64,000 nt of DNA from a bacterium (GTDB taxonomy: Bacteria > Zhuqueibacterota > Zhuqueibacteria > Residuimicrobiales > Krinioviventaceae), in NCBI GenBank assembly GCA_963675755.2, contig CAXXMD010000003.1:288001-352000 (forward strand), written 5' to 3'. The notes beneath the pieces were generated by a model, which made no database searches, was not told where the DNA came from, and saw only the letters and a program-made list of their open reading frames with translations. Of this stretch, positions 1 to 11,265 are shown in pieces. Both the position numbers and the translations under genes were made by a program. Within the stretch, counting starts at the first letter, position 1, and each line of letters opens with the position of its first letter.

Positions 1-356
1 TTCACATTTCCATACACACCCGCCGCACTGCCAAGATCTCGTTTACGATATCGTTGACGTGCGTAATCATCGGGTACAATATCAAATATACGTTGCGATA
101 TACCAACCAGCAATATAGTAGAAACCTGAGACTGGCCATTCTGAAAATTCATATTTATTACAGGTTCAAACTCTGTTGCCGTACTGCGGCCCCAGTGATA
201 ACCAATTACCCAGCGGACGTCAAAATTGCTATAACTTGAATCACCGGAATTGGATTGAAAAGAAAACAAACCACCGGTATCTACAGAACCTTTTCGTTGT
301 GCAAAACCAGCAGTAGCCATAGTCAAAACAAGAATGAAAAGTAATTTTTTAGACAT
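1..356 (-). CDS. Secreted/outer-membrane beta-barrel-like protein (3' end runs off the window)
   Basis: ATG at 356 with GGAGA RBS upstream; reads MSKKLLFILVLTMATAGFAQ (signal peptide) then alternating beta-strand-like sequence; open to the window edge. Confidence 0.6.
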   Translation of the reverse strand, partial: MSKKLLFILVLTMATAGFAQRKGSVDTGGLFSFQSNSGDSSYSNFDVRWVIGYHWGRSTATEFEPVINMNFQNGQSQVSTILLVGISQRIFDIVPDDYARQRYRKRDLGSAAGVYGNV

Positions 357-480
357 AGTTTCTCCAAATTTCGGAATTGCACAAAGCAATTCCCGGTTTA
401 CCAGTTTCTTAAATGTATAAAAAATTACTGAATAAAACAAGACATGCAGAAAACGAACATTGCTTATCAGTTAAATTTTT

Positions 481-1254
481 TTATGTAGGTGGTAATTTGT
501 CTTTTTCTAAAAGTTCTTTTAATCGGTTGTCCAATTGATCAAGCATAATCAATGCCTTGGGCATAAAACGTGATGAATCCTGAGCTTTTTCGCGTATCAG
601 AAATTTAGCAGCCACAATTTGTTTAATCAAGGTCTCTTTAACTTGAGGCCTAAACTCACATTCCGGATATATATCATAAAACTCGTCAAACAAAGTAAAC
701 GAAGCAACAACTTCAGTAAGAATATCCTGCCATTTTACCCGCGATTCATTGTCAAGTGCCAAACGGATAATATATTTCTTGTCATGCCTGCGCGAGGGAT
801 TGTCCCACTGGGCAAGTGCAATATATTTCATGAACAAGCGCTGCAAATATATATTTTTTTGATACATACTGTCTTCAAGGGCAATTTTTCTTTTCAGGTC
901 TTCCACATCATGCAGCCAAACACGATGTTCAAATTCAACTTTGTGCAGTTTGTATCTCAATTCAAGATGGGTCCATGAACTAACTGTTTTCCCCTTTAAC
1001 CTGGCCGGTATATATTTGACAGATTTGGCATATTCAATTGCTGCACTGTCTAGCATGGCATTGCCGGATGAACGAACAATATTGGTTTCCTGGGGCATGC
1101 CTTTATCGCTTACAAAAACGCCGACCAAAGCGCTGCCTTCTATCTTTTCAATTTGAGCATCAAGGGGATAGTTTAGATCTCGATCAATAATAACCTTGGG
1201 GGCTTTATAGTCCAATAGAGATGCATTACCCCCGCAAGAAATGAATCCCACCAT
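481..1254 (-). CDS. TonB C-terminal domain protein with helical C-terminal extension; true start probably upstream (see findings)
   Basis: YP...IEG..LV.VFV...G....IVRSSG...LDSAA...PA..KG TonB_C pattern. Confidence 0.75.
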   Translation of the reverse strand: MVGFISCGGNASLLDYKAPKVIIDRDLNYPLDAQIEKIEGSALVGVFVSDKGMPQETNIVRSSGNAMLDSAAIEYAKSVKYIPARLKGKTVSSWTHLELRYKLHKVEFEHRVWLHDVEDLKRKIALEDSMYQKNIYLQRLFMKYIALAQWDNPSRRHDKKYIIRLALDNESRVKWQDILTEVVASFTLFDEFYDIYPECEFRPQVKETLIKQIVAAKFLIREKAQDSSRFMPKALIMLDQLDNRLKELLEKDKLPPT

Positions 1255-1280
1255 AATTAAAACACAAATAACACACCAAT

Positions 1281-1307
1281 ACAGCCCCCTTTTAAAAGGG
1301 GTGCTGT
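1281..1307. other. Strong inverted repeat between the fadL-like gene and the TonB gene
   Basis: ACAGCCCCCTTTTAAAAGGGGTGCTGT is a near-perfect palindrome; no clear U-tract. Confidence 0.5.
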
Positions 1308-1325
1308 AGGTGTGAGATACATGTT

Positions 1326-2747
1326 TTAAAATCTTATCGATAATGTTCCTACTACTTTGGTAAACGATTTATCTTCAACCGTGGTCGTATTGGTTAAACC
1401 ATCATAAACGGATTGTTCCCAACTACCCTTCATTGATGCAATATCAACCATCACTTGTTTATCCAGCATCAAACTTATACCTGCTGTAAGATATTCCTTA
1501 TCTGGCTTTTCATCAGCATATTTATATGGCGACGGGCTGGTCGAATATCCACCACGCAACCTTATATTTATTACAGGAACAAATACTTCGGCACCCAAAT
1601 GTACTTTGGTCACTGCCTGCAGGTTTTGTTTTATATTAACATTAGCTTCGCTCATAGTAATTCCCGAAACCGGGGGTTCTGATTTAAATTTTGCCTGTGA
1701 CCAATCCTGAAATTCTAAACCACCAGACAAGAGAAGGTTCAACAGTTTAAAAGAGGCTCCCGCCGCAATAGAATAGGGTTCCTGTATTTTATATTCAAAT
1801 TCACCTTCATATTTCAACTGTTCCAGCGGATCAACGCCGTCATATGTTTCATCAAATGTTTCTGACCAATTTTCGGTGATTGTATAAGTAGTTGGAAACA
1901 GGATTGTGGCTCCCAAGCGCAGTGCATCGTTATAGCGATACAAAGCACCTACCTTGAGATTGGTAGCACTAAAATCAGAAACTATTCCCTGAGTATAAGA
2001 CCAGGTATCCAGATCGTTCATAATTACATTGGTCACGCCATTTTCATCTTCATATTCCAAATATGAATTATAAATATTCATCAAATCTTTTTCAGTAAAG
2101 ATCAGATTATAATCATCTTTTCCACTAATAAAGTTAAGAGATGCACCCAGGAAAAAATTCTTTTGTACTTCAACCGCACCAGATACCACAAAATGATTCA
2201 TGGTGCCTTCTTCAATCAAAGACTCGTATTGATTTAACGAATCATCAATATCGGTAAAGTATTCAAAATCATCGTCCGCACCCCAGTTGGGCAATACATA
2301 ATCCGCATATGAGGAATAATCCGTATTGAATCCATCCAGTTCAAGCACATTATCAAAATCATGAACACGGTTATAACCGGCAGCAAAGACCATACTGCCT
2401 TGATAGGTTGGTACAGGAAATACAAAACCAAATGAATTTAAACGGGTAGCACTATTGGTACTATTAAATGTTGATCCCAAAAAGTTGAGATCATTTTCAG
2501 CTATATTGTGTGAAAAACCGATATTCATTTCCATTCTTCGGATCTGGCCCAAACCCGCGGGATTCCAGTATACTGCAGAATAATCATCTGCTATTCCTGA
2601 GAATGCGCCACCCATACCAATAGCACGGGCACCAATACCGGTTTCGTGTCCTAAAAAGAAAATCTCTTCCTGGGCTGTTGCCGCTCCCGGCAACAATATA
2701 CCAGCCAGCACACAAACAGCAATACTCATCATGATTAATTTACGCAT
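1326..2747 (-). CDS. Outer membrane transporter, FadL/OmpP1/TodX family
   Basis: Signal peptide, GARAIGMGGA...ADDYSAVYWNPAGL hatch motif, C-terminal Phe. Confidence 0.85.
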   Translation of the reverse strand: MRKLIMMSIAVCVLAGILLPGAATAQEEIFFLGHETGIGARAIGMGGAFSGIADDYSAVYWNPAGLGQIRRMEMNIGFSHNIAENDLNFLGSTFNSTNSATRLNSFGFVFPVPTYQGSMVFAAGYNRVHDFDNVLELDGFNTDYSSYADYVLPNWGADDDFEYFTDIDDSLNQYESLIEEGTMNHFVVSGAVEVQKNFFLGASLNFISGKDDYNLIFTEKDLMNIYNSYLEYEDENGVTNVIMNDLDTWSYTQGIVSDFSATNLKVGALYRYNDALRLGATILFPTTYTITENWSETFDETYDGVDPLEQLKYEGEFEYKIQEPYSIAAGASFKLLNLLLSGGLEFQDWSQAKFKSEPPVSGITMSEANVNIKQNLQAVTKVHLGAEVFVPVINIRLRGGYSTSPSPYKYADEKPDKEYLTAGISLMLDKQVMVDIASMKGSWEQSVYDGLTNTTTVEDKSFTKVVGTLSIRF

Positions 2748-2789
2748 AATATATTCTCCTATCTCACGTTGCCGTTAGTTTGTTTACTG

Positions 2790-3908
2790 TTAACGTCTGC
2801 CGCCTGACCTGCTGCTGCTCCCTGATGAACTTGAAGAAGATCTTCCGCTTGAGCTTGAGCTTGAAGAACTGCTTCCTGAACTGCTGCTGGAGCTGCCTGA
2901 AGATCTCGAAACGCTTGAAGATCTTGATCTTCCAGAGCTACTGCTGCTGCTTCTGCTGGAAGATGAAGGTTTGCTATAAGATCCACTACTACTGCTGCTG
3001 CTCCTTGTTTTACGGGTAACGGTTCTTGATCTGCTGTCAGAACTGTTGCTTGAGCTAGAGCTTGATCTTGAACGTGTTGAACTAACGGTTCCTGACGAAC
3101 TTGAAGATGAACGAGTACTGTTCCGTGTTACTTCACGTGTTGTTGAAGAATTATTGCTTGAACGACGGCTTGTACTTGAAACTGCAGACGGAATCTTGAC
3201 TTTTCTGGTCCGTGTTGTACTTCTGCGAATTTCACTGCTATTCGTACTGGTTGTCGGTTTGCGTGTAACTGTACTCGTTCTGCCATCAGTAGTTGTACCG
3301 CGTCTTGCTGTACGAGTTGTACTGTTTGCAATGGACTCACTACTACTGCGTCCTGTGTTGGGTGTAATATTACCGGCAACTGAACGGCTTGCAGAGCGGA
3401 TAGGATTATAAGACCGACGATCAAAATCACGCTGTTGCTGAACATGACCGGCGTATCCTACACCGCCATAATAGTTTCGGGGGTAATAGCCATTGTGATA
3501 ATGATGATGTCCATACCAGGCCCATCCACCATAATATGATACAGGTGCCCAGTAATAGGGATCATAATGCCAGCGATAATAATCATATCCCCACCAGGGG
3601 TCCCAATAATTATGATGTCTCCACCAGAAAGAACTGGTAGGATAATACCAACTGTCATAATACCAGGGATTATAAACATCATGATAAACATAAACATCAT
3701 GATCATACTGATAGTATTCAACCTCAGATTCATCCTGAACTTGTTCTTCAGGGACGTAATCATTTTCAACTACGTCATACTCTGCATAATAATCATCTTC
3801 GGCTGTAGTTCTGATTGTCTCCGAACCAAAGCGGGTATAACAACCAGTCATACTTGTTGCGATGAATATAATGAACAACAAAGCCGGAATATTTTTAATT
3901 TTCTTCAT
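2790..3908 (-). CDS. Putative lipoprotein with Tyr/Trp/His-rich middle and Ser/Arg-rich disordered tail
   Basis: Lipobox MTGC; low-complexity tail ending GGRR; GGAGG RBS. Confidence 0.75.
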   Translation of the reverse strand: MKKIKNIPALLFIIFIATSMTGCYTRFGSETIRTTAEDDYYAEYDVVENDYVPEEQVQDESEVEYYQYDHDVYVYHDVYNPWYYDSWYYPTSSFWWRHHNYWDPWWGYDYYRWHYDPYYWAPVSYYGGWAWYGHHHYHNGYYPRNYYGGVGYAGHVQQQRDFDRRSYNPIRSASRSVAGNITPNTGRSSSESIANSTTRTARRGTTTDGRTSTVTRKPTTSTNSSEIRRSTTRTRKVKIPSAVSSTSRRSSNNSSTTREVTRNSTRSSSSSSGTVSSTRSRSSSSSSNSSDSRSRTVTRKTRSSSSSSGSYSKPSSSSRSSSSSSGRSRSSSVSRSSGSSSSSSGSSSSSSSSSGRSSSSSSGSSSRSGGRR

Positions 3909-3990
3909 AGGATTTGCCTCCTTTCAGGCGCACCAAAAACACATAATTCTCAATCAGCAAGTAATATAACACGTTTCAGCTCTCATTTAT

Positions 3991-4020
3991 TTGACGTATC
4001 TGGCAAAAAAAACGTTTACA
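3991..4020 (-). promoter_or_regulatory. Putative ECF-sigma promoter for the lipoprotein-fadL-tonB unit
   Basis: Minus strand TGTAAAC-N17-CGTCAA matches the ECF -35 AAC / -10 CGT pattern. Confidence 0.45.
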
Positions 4021-4024
4021 TGAT

Positions 4025-4654
4025 TTATCGATTTTCAAAACTATACTCACACGTGGTCCACATTTCAATTGATTTCGCATTTGCTTTTGCAGGCAAATAC
4101 CTGCTCTTGTAAGCAGCGGAAACCGCTGCCAATTGACAATCTTGATTGCCTGTCGTGTTTTTAGAGACCACTACATCGACCACTTTGCCAGTATGATCGA
4201 TCTTTATATGTAATTTTACGTTTCCACCGACTTTTTGTTTCTGCAAGTTTTTAGGATATTCCGGTAAAACCTGCACAAGTGGTCGTGGAGGAATCGTATC
4301 CGGAGCACCGATGGTAAGCCCGGCGTTCCCATCCGGAGAATCACCCAGGTCCCAGATTACATTGGTTTCGTCGATTGTCTCATCATCCGGAATTTGTGGA
4401 TCTTCTGATGGAACCGGAATTACAGGACGTTCAGGGCGCGGGTTTCCGCGTCTAACATGCTGCGTGGTAACCGGTATATCTGCAAAGACAAAATCGAATT
4501 TTATAACCTGAGGTTTACGGGGAACATGGTTAAACTTTTTGGGCAAGATTTGAAAAAATAGTATGAACAGAAAAAGTACAAGGGCAATGGCCTGATTCAA
4601 GCGTAAATAATAAAAACGGTGCTCGATTTTATTCTTTTTATTCATGTAAACCAA
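4025..4654 (-). CDS. Energy transducer TonB family protein
   Basis: N-terminal TM helix, Pro-rich linker, PEYP...GGNVKL...G.V TonB_C domain. Confidence 0.8.
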   Translation of the reverse strand: MVYMNKKNKIEHRFYYLRLNQAIALVLFLFILFFQILPKKFNHVPRKPQVIKFDFVFADIPVTTQHVRRGNPRPERPVIPVPSEDPQIPDDETIDETNVIWDLGDSPDGNAGLTIGAPDTIPPRPLVQVLPEYPKNLQKQKVGGNVKLHIKIDHTGKVVDVVVSKNTTGNQDCQLAAVSAAYKSRYLPAKANAKSIEMWTTCEYSFENR

Positions 4655-4680
4655 AAGTTACAAAAGCTGCCATTATCTAT

Positions 4681-5436
4681 TTAAATAACTTCCAATGCAC
4701 TCTTTTTCATCCATCCAACTTTACCATCGGCCAGTTCAATTTTCACAAAATCACCGGATTCGTCCGTTATTCTTACTTTTAGACCTTCGTGAAGCGCAAA
4801 AACTTCCGTTGCATCGCGTGCCGGGGAGCTCATTATGTCAATTTTTTCTACAAGAATCACACCATATTTATGATATATATCTTCCTGTACCCGTTGTACA
4901 AAAACCAGAGTACTGAAAATACATATAATTAAAACAGGAATAAAAGCAATTTTAGCAAACCTTTTAACTTGTTCATTACGTAAAACCAAGCGTAACATTA
5001 ATAACACCATTAACAAGACATAAATAATCAATGTAACAGTGCCCAATTGAGATATATTTAGCGCATTTTTAACACTATTCCACAATTTGGTAAAAATAAA
5101 TGGCGGTGGAACTGCCAGTTTATCTACCACCTGCAATTGAGCAATCTCTAAATTATAGGCAACATCGGGATCATGGGGTTGTATTTTGAGGGCTTTTTCA
5201 TAATACAATATACTATGCCCAATATCACCTAGCTTGTAATATGAATTACCCAGATTATAATACAATTCGGGACTTGTGTAACCGGTCTCTATTGCAGACT
5301 GGTATTTTTCCACAGCTTCAATGTATTTTCCCTGCTGGTACATTTCGTTTCCAGCTTGAAAATTGGCAAGCACCTGGCCCTCCTGGGCTTTGGGTGCCAA
5401 CAATAAAACAATGTATGCAATTATCCACATATTCAT
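4681..5436 (-). CDS. batE: BatE, TPR + SH3 domain protein
   Basis: TPRs (YYNLGNSYYK), two TM helices, LHEGLKV...GKVGW SH3b; last gene of the bat operon. Confidence 0.85.
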   Translation of the reverse strand: MNMWIIAYIVLLLAPKAQEGQVLANFQAGNEMYQQGKYIEAVEKYQSAIETGYTSPELYYNLGNSYYKLGDIGHSILYYEKALKIQPHDPDVAYNLEIAQLQVVDKLAVPPPFIFTKLWNSVKNALNISQLGTVTLIIYVLLMVLLMLRLVLRNEQVKRFAKIAFIPVLIICIFSTLVFVQRVQEDIYHKYGVILVEKIDIMSSPARDATEVFALHEGLKVRITDESGDFVKIELADGKVGWMKKSALEVI

Positions 5437-7298
5437 TTATAAAGTTTTTTCCAGACTGATTATTGCTTCTTTTGCCTTTCCTAAAAAGGCTTCCATTTCA
5501 TCAAGTTTAACATTTGCCGGTGCAAACCTTTGGTAATCACAGTGTTGTACCAGCTCTAAATACTGTTGAATTATCTGCGGTTCAACATTCTTGCTTTTTA
5601 AATGCGATTCCAGCTCTGTAGATATAATACCCGCTTCTGCCAGATTCAATTTATCTGCCGCAAAACCCAACAATGCTCTTGAAACTGCCGCATAATATTC
5701 TTTTTGCGTGTCTTCGGATAACAGTTTTTTGGCTTTTGATAAATGTTTAAGAGCCATTGCATTTGCACGACGACTACGCGCATAAGCAACATTACCGCTC
5801 ATTTTCACCAAATGCTTATTATAAGCTATGGAACCCATCAATAAAAGTAAAGGGAAAATAATTACCGTATAAAAAGAAAAGCTCTTGTAAATTCTATAGT
5901 TTAGCGGGATAATTCTTTCCTGGCTGAGCTTGATAAACCGAATATCCTGGCCTACCAACCTTACTTCTTCTTTACTCAAACCAGAGCCGCTAACCGCAAC
6001 AAACTCGTCGTTTCCCTTGTCTACCTGTATTACAAATTCCGGGGTTGTCAACGTTTTATACTTTTTATCTTTGAGATCAAAAAATGTCAACACATAGGGT
6101 TTAATATGCTGTTCGCCCGGAAATCGCGGTACCAGTACAAATTCAAAACTTTTGGTTCCGGTAACACCTGTTTTCTGTCTTGATATATTTTCAGTAGATT
6201 TAGGCGCGTATTGTTCAAAATCTCCGGGAATAGTTAATTCCGGCTCTGGGATCATTTTAATATTACCGCTTCCCGCAATATCAATTTTCAAGGTTATAGC
6301 TTCATTGGTGGTAACATGGTTTTTATCCAGACTTGCGGTCATTTTAAAATCACCAACAAGTCCTGAAAAATTGGCAGGTTTACCAGCCTGAGGTAAAGAC
6401 ATTACTTCAATATCGAGTGGTTTTGAAAAGATGGTCTTTGTTACCGTACGTGAGAAAAAAGAATTGTCAAAAAAATCGTTAAATATATCTCTACTATTAC
6501 TCCGTTGCGGAACACGTATATTACAATCAATTGCCAACTCGCCAATGGTCTTTTTGCCGGGTGATGTTGGAAACAATACCTGTTTTTTGATATCGGCAAG
6601 TACATATTTTTTGCCATTAATTACTTCTTCCCAAACTTTGGGACGCGTACCCAAGTCTACCTCTTCCGCCCAGAAACCAACATTTTCCGGTAATTTTGAA
6701 GGCACATAATTTTCAAATCCCAGTCCGGCAGCAATAAATACCCGATACGTAACAATTACAGGCTCATTCTGATATACTTTTTTCTTGTTCACAATACCAC
6801 GTATAAACAATTCGTCAGAAGTTGCTCCCGCCACCTGTTGTGATTTACCATCTGCACCCGGCTGCGCCTGGGCTTTTTCATCAGCTTTCAAGATTGTTAA
6901 TTTAACGGGTTGCGAGCTCACCTGGTCGTTCTTTAGACTGACTGTCATTGCAGGAATGGTATATGAACCTTCTTTGACAGCCATATAATAATATTTCTGA
7001 GATTTGGTTACAGACATTTTGCCATTGATAAACTGGATATTCTGCGAAGTACCGCCAGAGCCCATAAAACGAAAGAAACCTCCCATATCCGGGGGATCAG
7101 GCAGCTCTACTTTATTCGCATCTTTGCCAGACAATTCAATTGTCAGCAATAATTGTTGATTAACAGCAAGTGCTGTTTTATCTACAATAGCACGTAATGA
7201 CAAGGGATCCTGGGCAAACAGCGTTCCTGTTAAAACCCAGCCCCATAACACAATAAAAAATAATTTTGCAAATTTGTTATTCATCAACACCAATCCTG

Positions 7299-7305
<7 letters not shown>
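5437..7305 (-). CDS. batD: BatD family protein
   Basis: SQNIQFINGK, FSGLVGDF, GSGNIK motifs, C-terminal TM and RFAP motif; start may be a few codons downstream. Confidence 0.85.
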
Positions 7306-8119
<814 letters not shown>

Positions 8120-8141
<22 letters not shown>

Positions 8142-9151
8142 TCCTGTTTGATTCTTTTACGCTCGGGTAAAATAAACTCTATTACCAGTAACAACAATCC
8201 AATAACAACAAAATACTGGTAACGATCTTCAAACTGAGAAAACTTTAAAGAGCCCAGCTCTTTTTTATCCATAGAATCAATATCTTTATAGATCTTGTCA
8301 AGCTCATCTTCACCACTGGATGCTCTAAAATATTTACCACCGGTTTGCAGGGCAATTTTTTCCAGAGTAATTTCATCCAGCTTGGTGATTACCACCTGAC
8401 CAGAACGATCTTTTTTAAAACCCATTTCACCATTACCATCCTGTGCTATGGGAATTGGCTCGCCTTTGGGAGAACCAATACCTACACAGTAAATGATAAT
8501 ACCTTCTTTTTCAGCGGCTTCGGCAAATTTCATCACTTCGCCCTGATGATCTTCACCATCAGTGATCAACACCATCACTTTGTGTTTGCGCTCTTTTTGA
8601 TCAAAGGTTTCTATAGCTTTCTCTATCACCTTGCCCAGATTAGTACCGGGTGTGGGAATCAGATCCGGATCCATAATGTCCAGAAATATTTTAGCCGCAC
8701 CATAGTCAAGTGTTAACGGACATTGTACAAACGGCACTCCTGAAAATGCAATCAAACCAATTCGGTCACCGCGCAGTCTGTCAATAAATCCTTCTACCTC
8801 ATGCTTGGCTTTTTCAAGACGACTGGGTTGTATATCCCTTGCCATCATGGAGCGGGAAACATCAAGTGCTACAACAATATCAATACCTTCACGCTTTACC
8901 TCTTCAAGCTTTGTGCCAATCTGAGGTCGGGCAAGAGCAATTACCAAAAACATGATTGCAAACAGAATCAAACTGATCTTGCCAAACTGACGTGCCCGGC
9001 TGGTATTCCGGGAAAGTTTTTTCAACAGCTCTAAATTTCCAAATTTTTGCATCGCGCGTTTTTTTGCACGAAACGCAAAAAAGTAAAAAACAATCAAAAG
9101 TGGTATCAACCACATCAAGTGTAAAGCATAAATTTGAGCAAAACGTATCAT
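8120..9151 (-). CDS. batB: BatB, VWA domain protein
   Basis: ALARPQ, DVSRSM MIDAS, PLTLDY, ITDGED. Confidence 0.9.
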
Positions 9152-9172
9152 CTACTTTTCACACCTTTATCC

Positions 9173-10165
9173 TTAGGGTATCTTGCGGAACACGGTATTG
9201 GCTAAAAAGACTTCTATCATCAACAAAACAATGGCAGCCAATAACCAGGGTAAAAACAATTCTTTATAACGGGTATACTCTTTAACTTCAATTTTCGTTT
9301 TTTCCATTTCACCAATCTCTTTATAGATTTGTTCAAGACTGGATTCATCTGTAGCCCTGAAATACTGTCCACCTGTTATTTCAGAGACCCGCCGTAACAA
9401 ATTTTCATCAATTTCTACAGGCATTTTCACATAACGTTTGCCGAAAATGGGATCATCAATGGGATACATGGCCTCACCCCGCTTACCTGCGCCAATGGTA
9501 TAAATGCGCACGCCAAAAGCTTTGCCCACATTGGCAGCCGTTATAGGATCAAGCTCACCGCGGTTATTTCTTCCATCTGTAAGCAGGATAACCACTTTAC
9601 TTTTGGCTTTGCTCTCTTTGAGCCGGTTAACACAATTTCCAATGGCCATACCAATAGCGGTACCATCATCAATCATACCAATATGAATATCTTCAAGAAA
9701 CCGTAATAAAATCCCATAATCCAGCGTCAGGGGGCACTGGGTAAAGCTGAGTCCTGAAAAAACAACTAGTCCAATGCGATCATTGGTGCGTCCCTTGATA
9801 AATTCAGACGCCACAACTTTGGCTGCTTCAAGACGATTTTTGGGTTTAAAATCTTCGGCTTTCATACTACTCGAAACATCCATCGCCAGGATGATATCAA
9901 TTCCCTCGGTAATAATCTCTTCTTCACTTCTTCCTGATTGCGGTCTGGCAAAACAAAAGATAAGAATAATAACAACAAGGGTACGTAATACAAATAAAAT
10001 ATGACGAAAGCGTTTTTTAGGTGAAGATTTTACACTTTTTACTATTCCCAAATTGGAATAGCGCATGGTTGCGGATACGGTTTTATTTTTCCGCAGATAC
10101 CACCAGATCATGACCGGTACAATAACAAGAAGCGCCAGAAATTCGGGATTTGCAAATCTAAACAT
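9173..10165 (-). CDS. batA: BatA, VWA domain protein
   Basis: MFRFANP start, ARPQ, DVSSSM, GTAIGMAI, LLTDGRNNRG. Confidence 0.9.
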   Translation of the reverse strand: MFRFANPEFLALLVIVPVMIWWYLRKNKTVSATMRYSNLGIVKSVKSSPKKRFRHILFVLRTLVVIILIFCFARPQSGRSEEEIITEGIDIILAMDVSSSMKAEDFKPKNRLEAAKVVASEFIKGRTNDRIGLVVFSGLSFTQCPLTLDYGILLRFLEDIHIGMIDDGTAIGMAIGNCVNRLKESKAKSKVVILLTDGRNNRGELDPITAANVGKAFGVRIYTIGAGKRGEAMYPIDDPIFGKRYVKMPVEIDENLLRRVSEITGGQYFRATDESSLEQIYKEIGEMEKTKIEVKEYTRYKELFLPWLLAAIVLLMIEVFLANTVFRKIP

Positions 10166-10166
10166 A

Positions 10167-11246
10167 TTATGCTTCCTCCCCGTCTTTACGTTCCGGTTCT
10201 TCAAGTGCCGGTTCAGAAGAATCGATTTCTGTCAATTCCTTTTGTTTTTCTTCATCCGCTTCCAGCTCGGCAGGTTTTTCATCAACCGGCTCAGTCGCTT
10301 CCTCACTGATGGGTTCTTCTATAATCATTTTTGTCTTTTCAACAAAGTCAAACGCCAGATCTGTACTATTTTTTGTTTCTAATTCCTGTGGTACATACTT
10401 GGCAAATTTTACAAGATCGCAACCATTTAAAAATGTGTCCATCATATCACGATATTCGGTATCCAGCTGCTGACGCTCCATCTCGTCCAACAATTGAGAC
10501 GTTGTCATTTCCGGTGCATCAATGTAAAACCGGTTACGAATGTAATGACGAACAATATCAGACAATTCAATGTAATATGCTTTGAATTGCTTTTCCTCTA
10601 AAAGATTGCCTGCAACCAATGCATTCAAAGCTTCAAGTGCCACCTCATGTGCTGGCCTGGGTGGCGCTTGTCTTACAGGCAATATGGATTTACCCTGTTT
10701 ATAACGACGATAAAAATACCACGCCGCAAAAACAGCTGCCAATACCAGCAACACAATGCCGCCAATGATAATATATTGACGGTAGCTCATTGGAGGTACG
10801 CGCATGGGCTTGATATCCCGAATATCACTATCAATTTCAGGATTCAAACTCTGTATTGTAATCATTATGGGTTCGGTTTTGATGAACCGTACTGTAGAAT
10901 CACTCTCGGTAGAATACCCAATTTGCAATTCCGGGATTTCGTATTCACCGGTATCAAAGGTTGACAAGAGATAATCCGTTTGAGATACGGTTTTTCCGTC
11001 TTCCTCTTGAGGATCAAGGACCTTATAGTCCCGCAGTTCAAACATACCCAAGTTGGTTGCCAGTTCCGGCATATACACCTTAACATCGGGATCATGAGTA
11101 AGGATGACCGAGTATTGGATCACATCGCCAATATAAATTGTGCTCTTGTCTACTTTGGATTCTATAGAAATGCTTCCCTGCGCCCAAAGTACGGTTTGGC
11201 ACAATAACAAGATAATGGCGAAAATGCTTTTCTTCATTGTACGCAT
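10167..11246 (-). CDS. Bat-operon membrane protein (BatD-like Ig domain, DIK motif, TM, cytoplasmic domain)
   Basis: Signal peptide, IRDIKP, TM helix, A.EMTT, DLVKFAK motifs typical of the gene after DUF58. Confidence 0.75.
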   Translation of the reverse strand: MRTMKKSIFAIILLLCQTVLWAQGSISIESKVDKSTIYIGDVIQYSVILTHDPDVKVYMPELATNLGMFELRDYKVLDPQEEDGKTVSQTDYLLSTFDTGEYEIPELQIGYSTESDSTVRFIKTEPIMITIQSLNPEIDSDIRDIKPMRVPPMSYRQYIIIGGIVLLVLAAVFAAWYFYRRYKQGKSILPVRQAPPRPAHEVALEALNALVAGNLLEEKQFKAYYIELSDIVRHYIRNRFYIDAPEMTTSQLLDEMERQQLDTEYRDMMDTFLNGCDLVKFAKYVPQELETKNSTDLAFDFVEKTKMIIEEPISEEATEPVDEKPAELEADEEKQKELTEIDSSEPALEEPERKDGEEA

Positions 11247-11265
11247 TTTAATTGCTGTATTCCTT

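Noticed and set aside
3046-4112. Plus-strand ORFs such as 3046-3411 and 3567-4112, and similar antisense ORFs across the window
   Set aside because: They are shadows of well-supported genes on the opposite strand, often over low-complexity sequence
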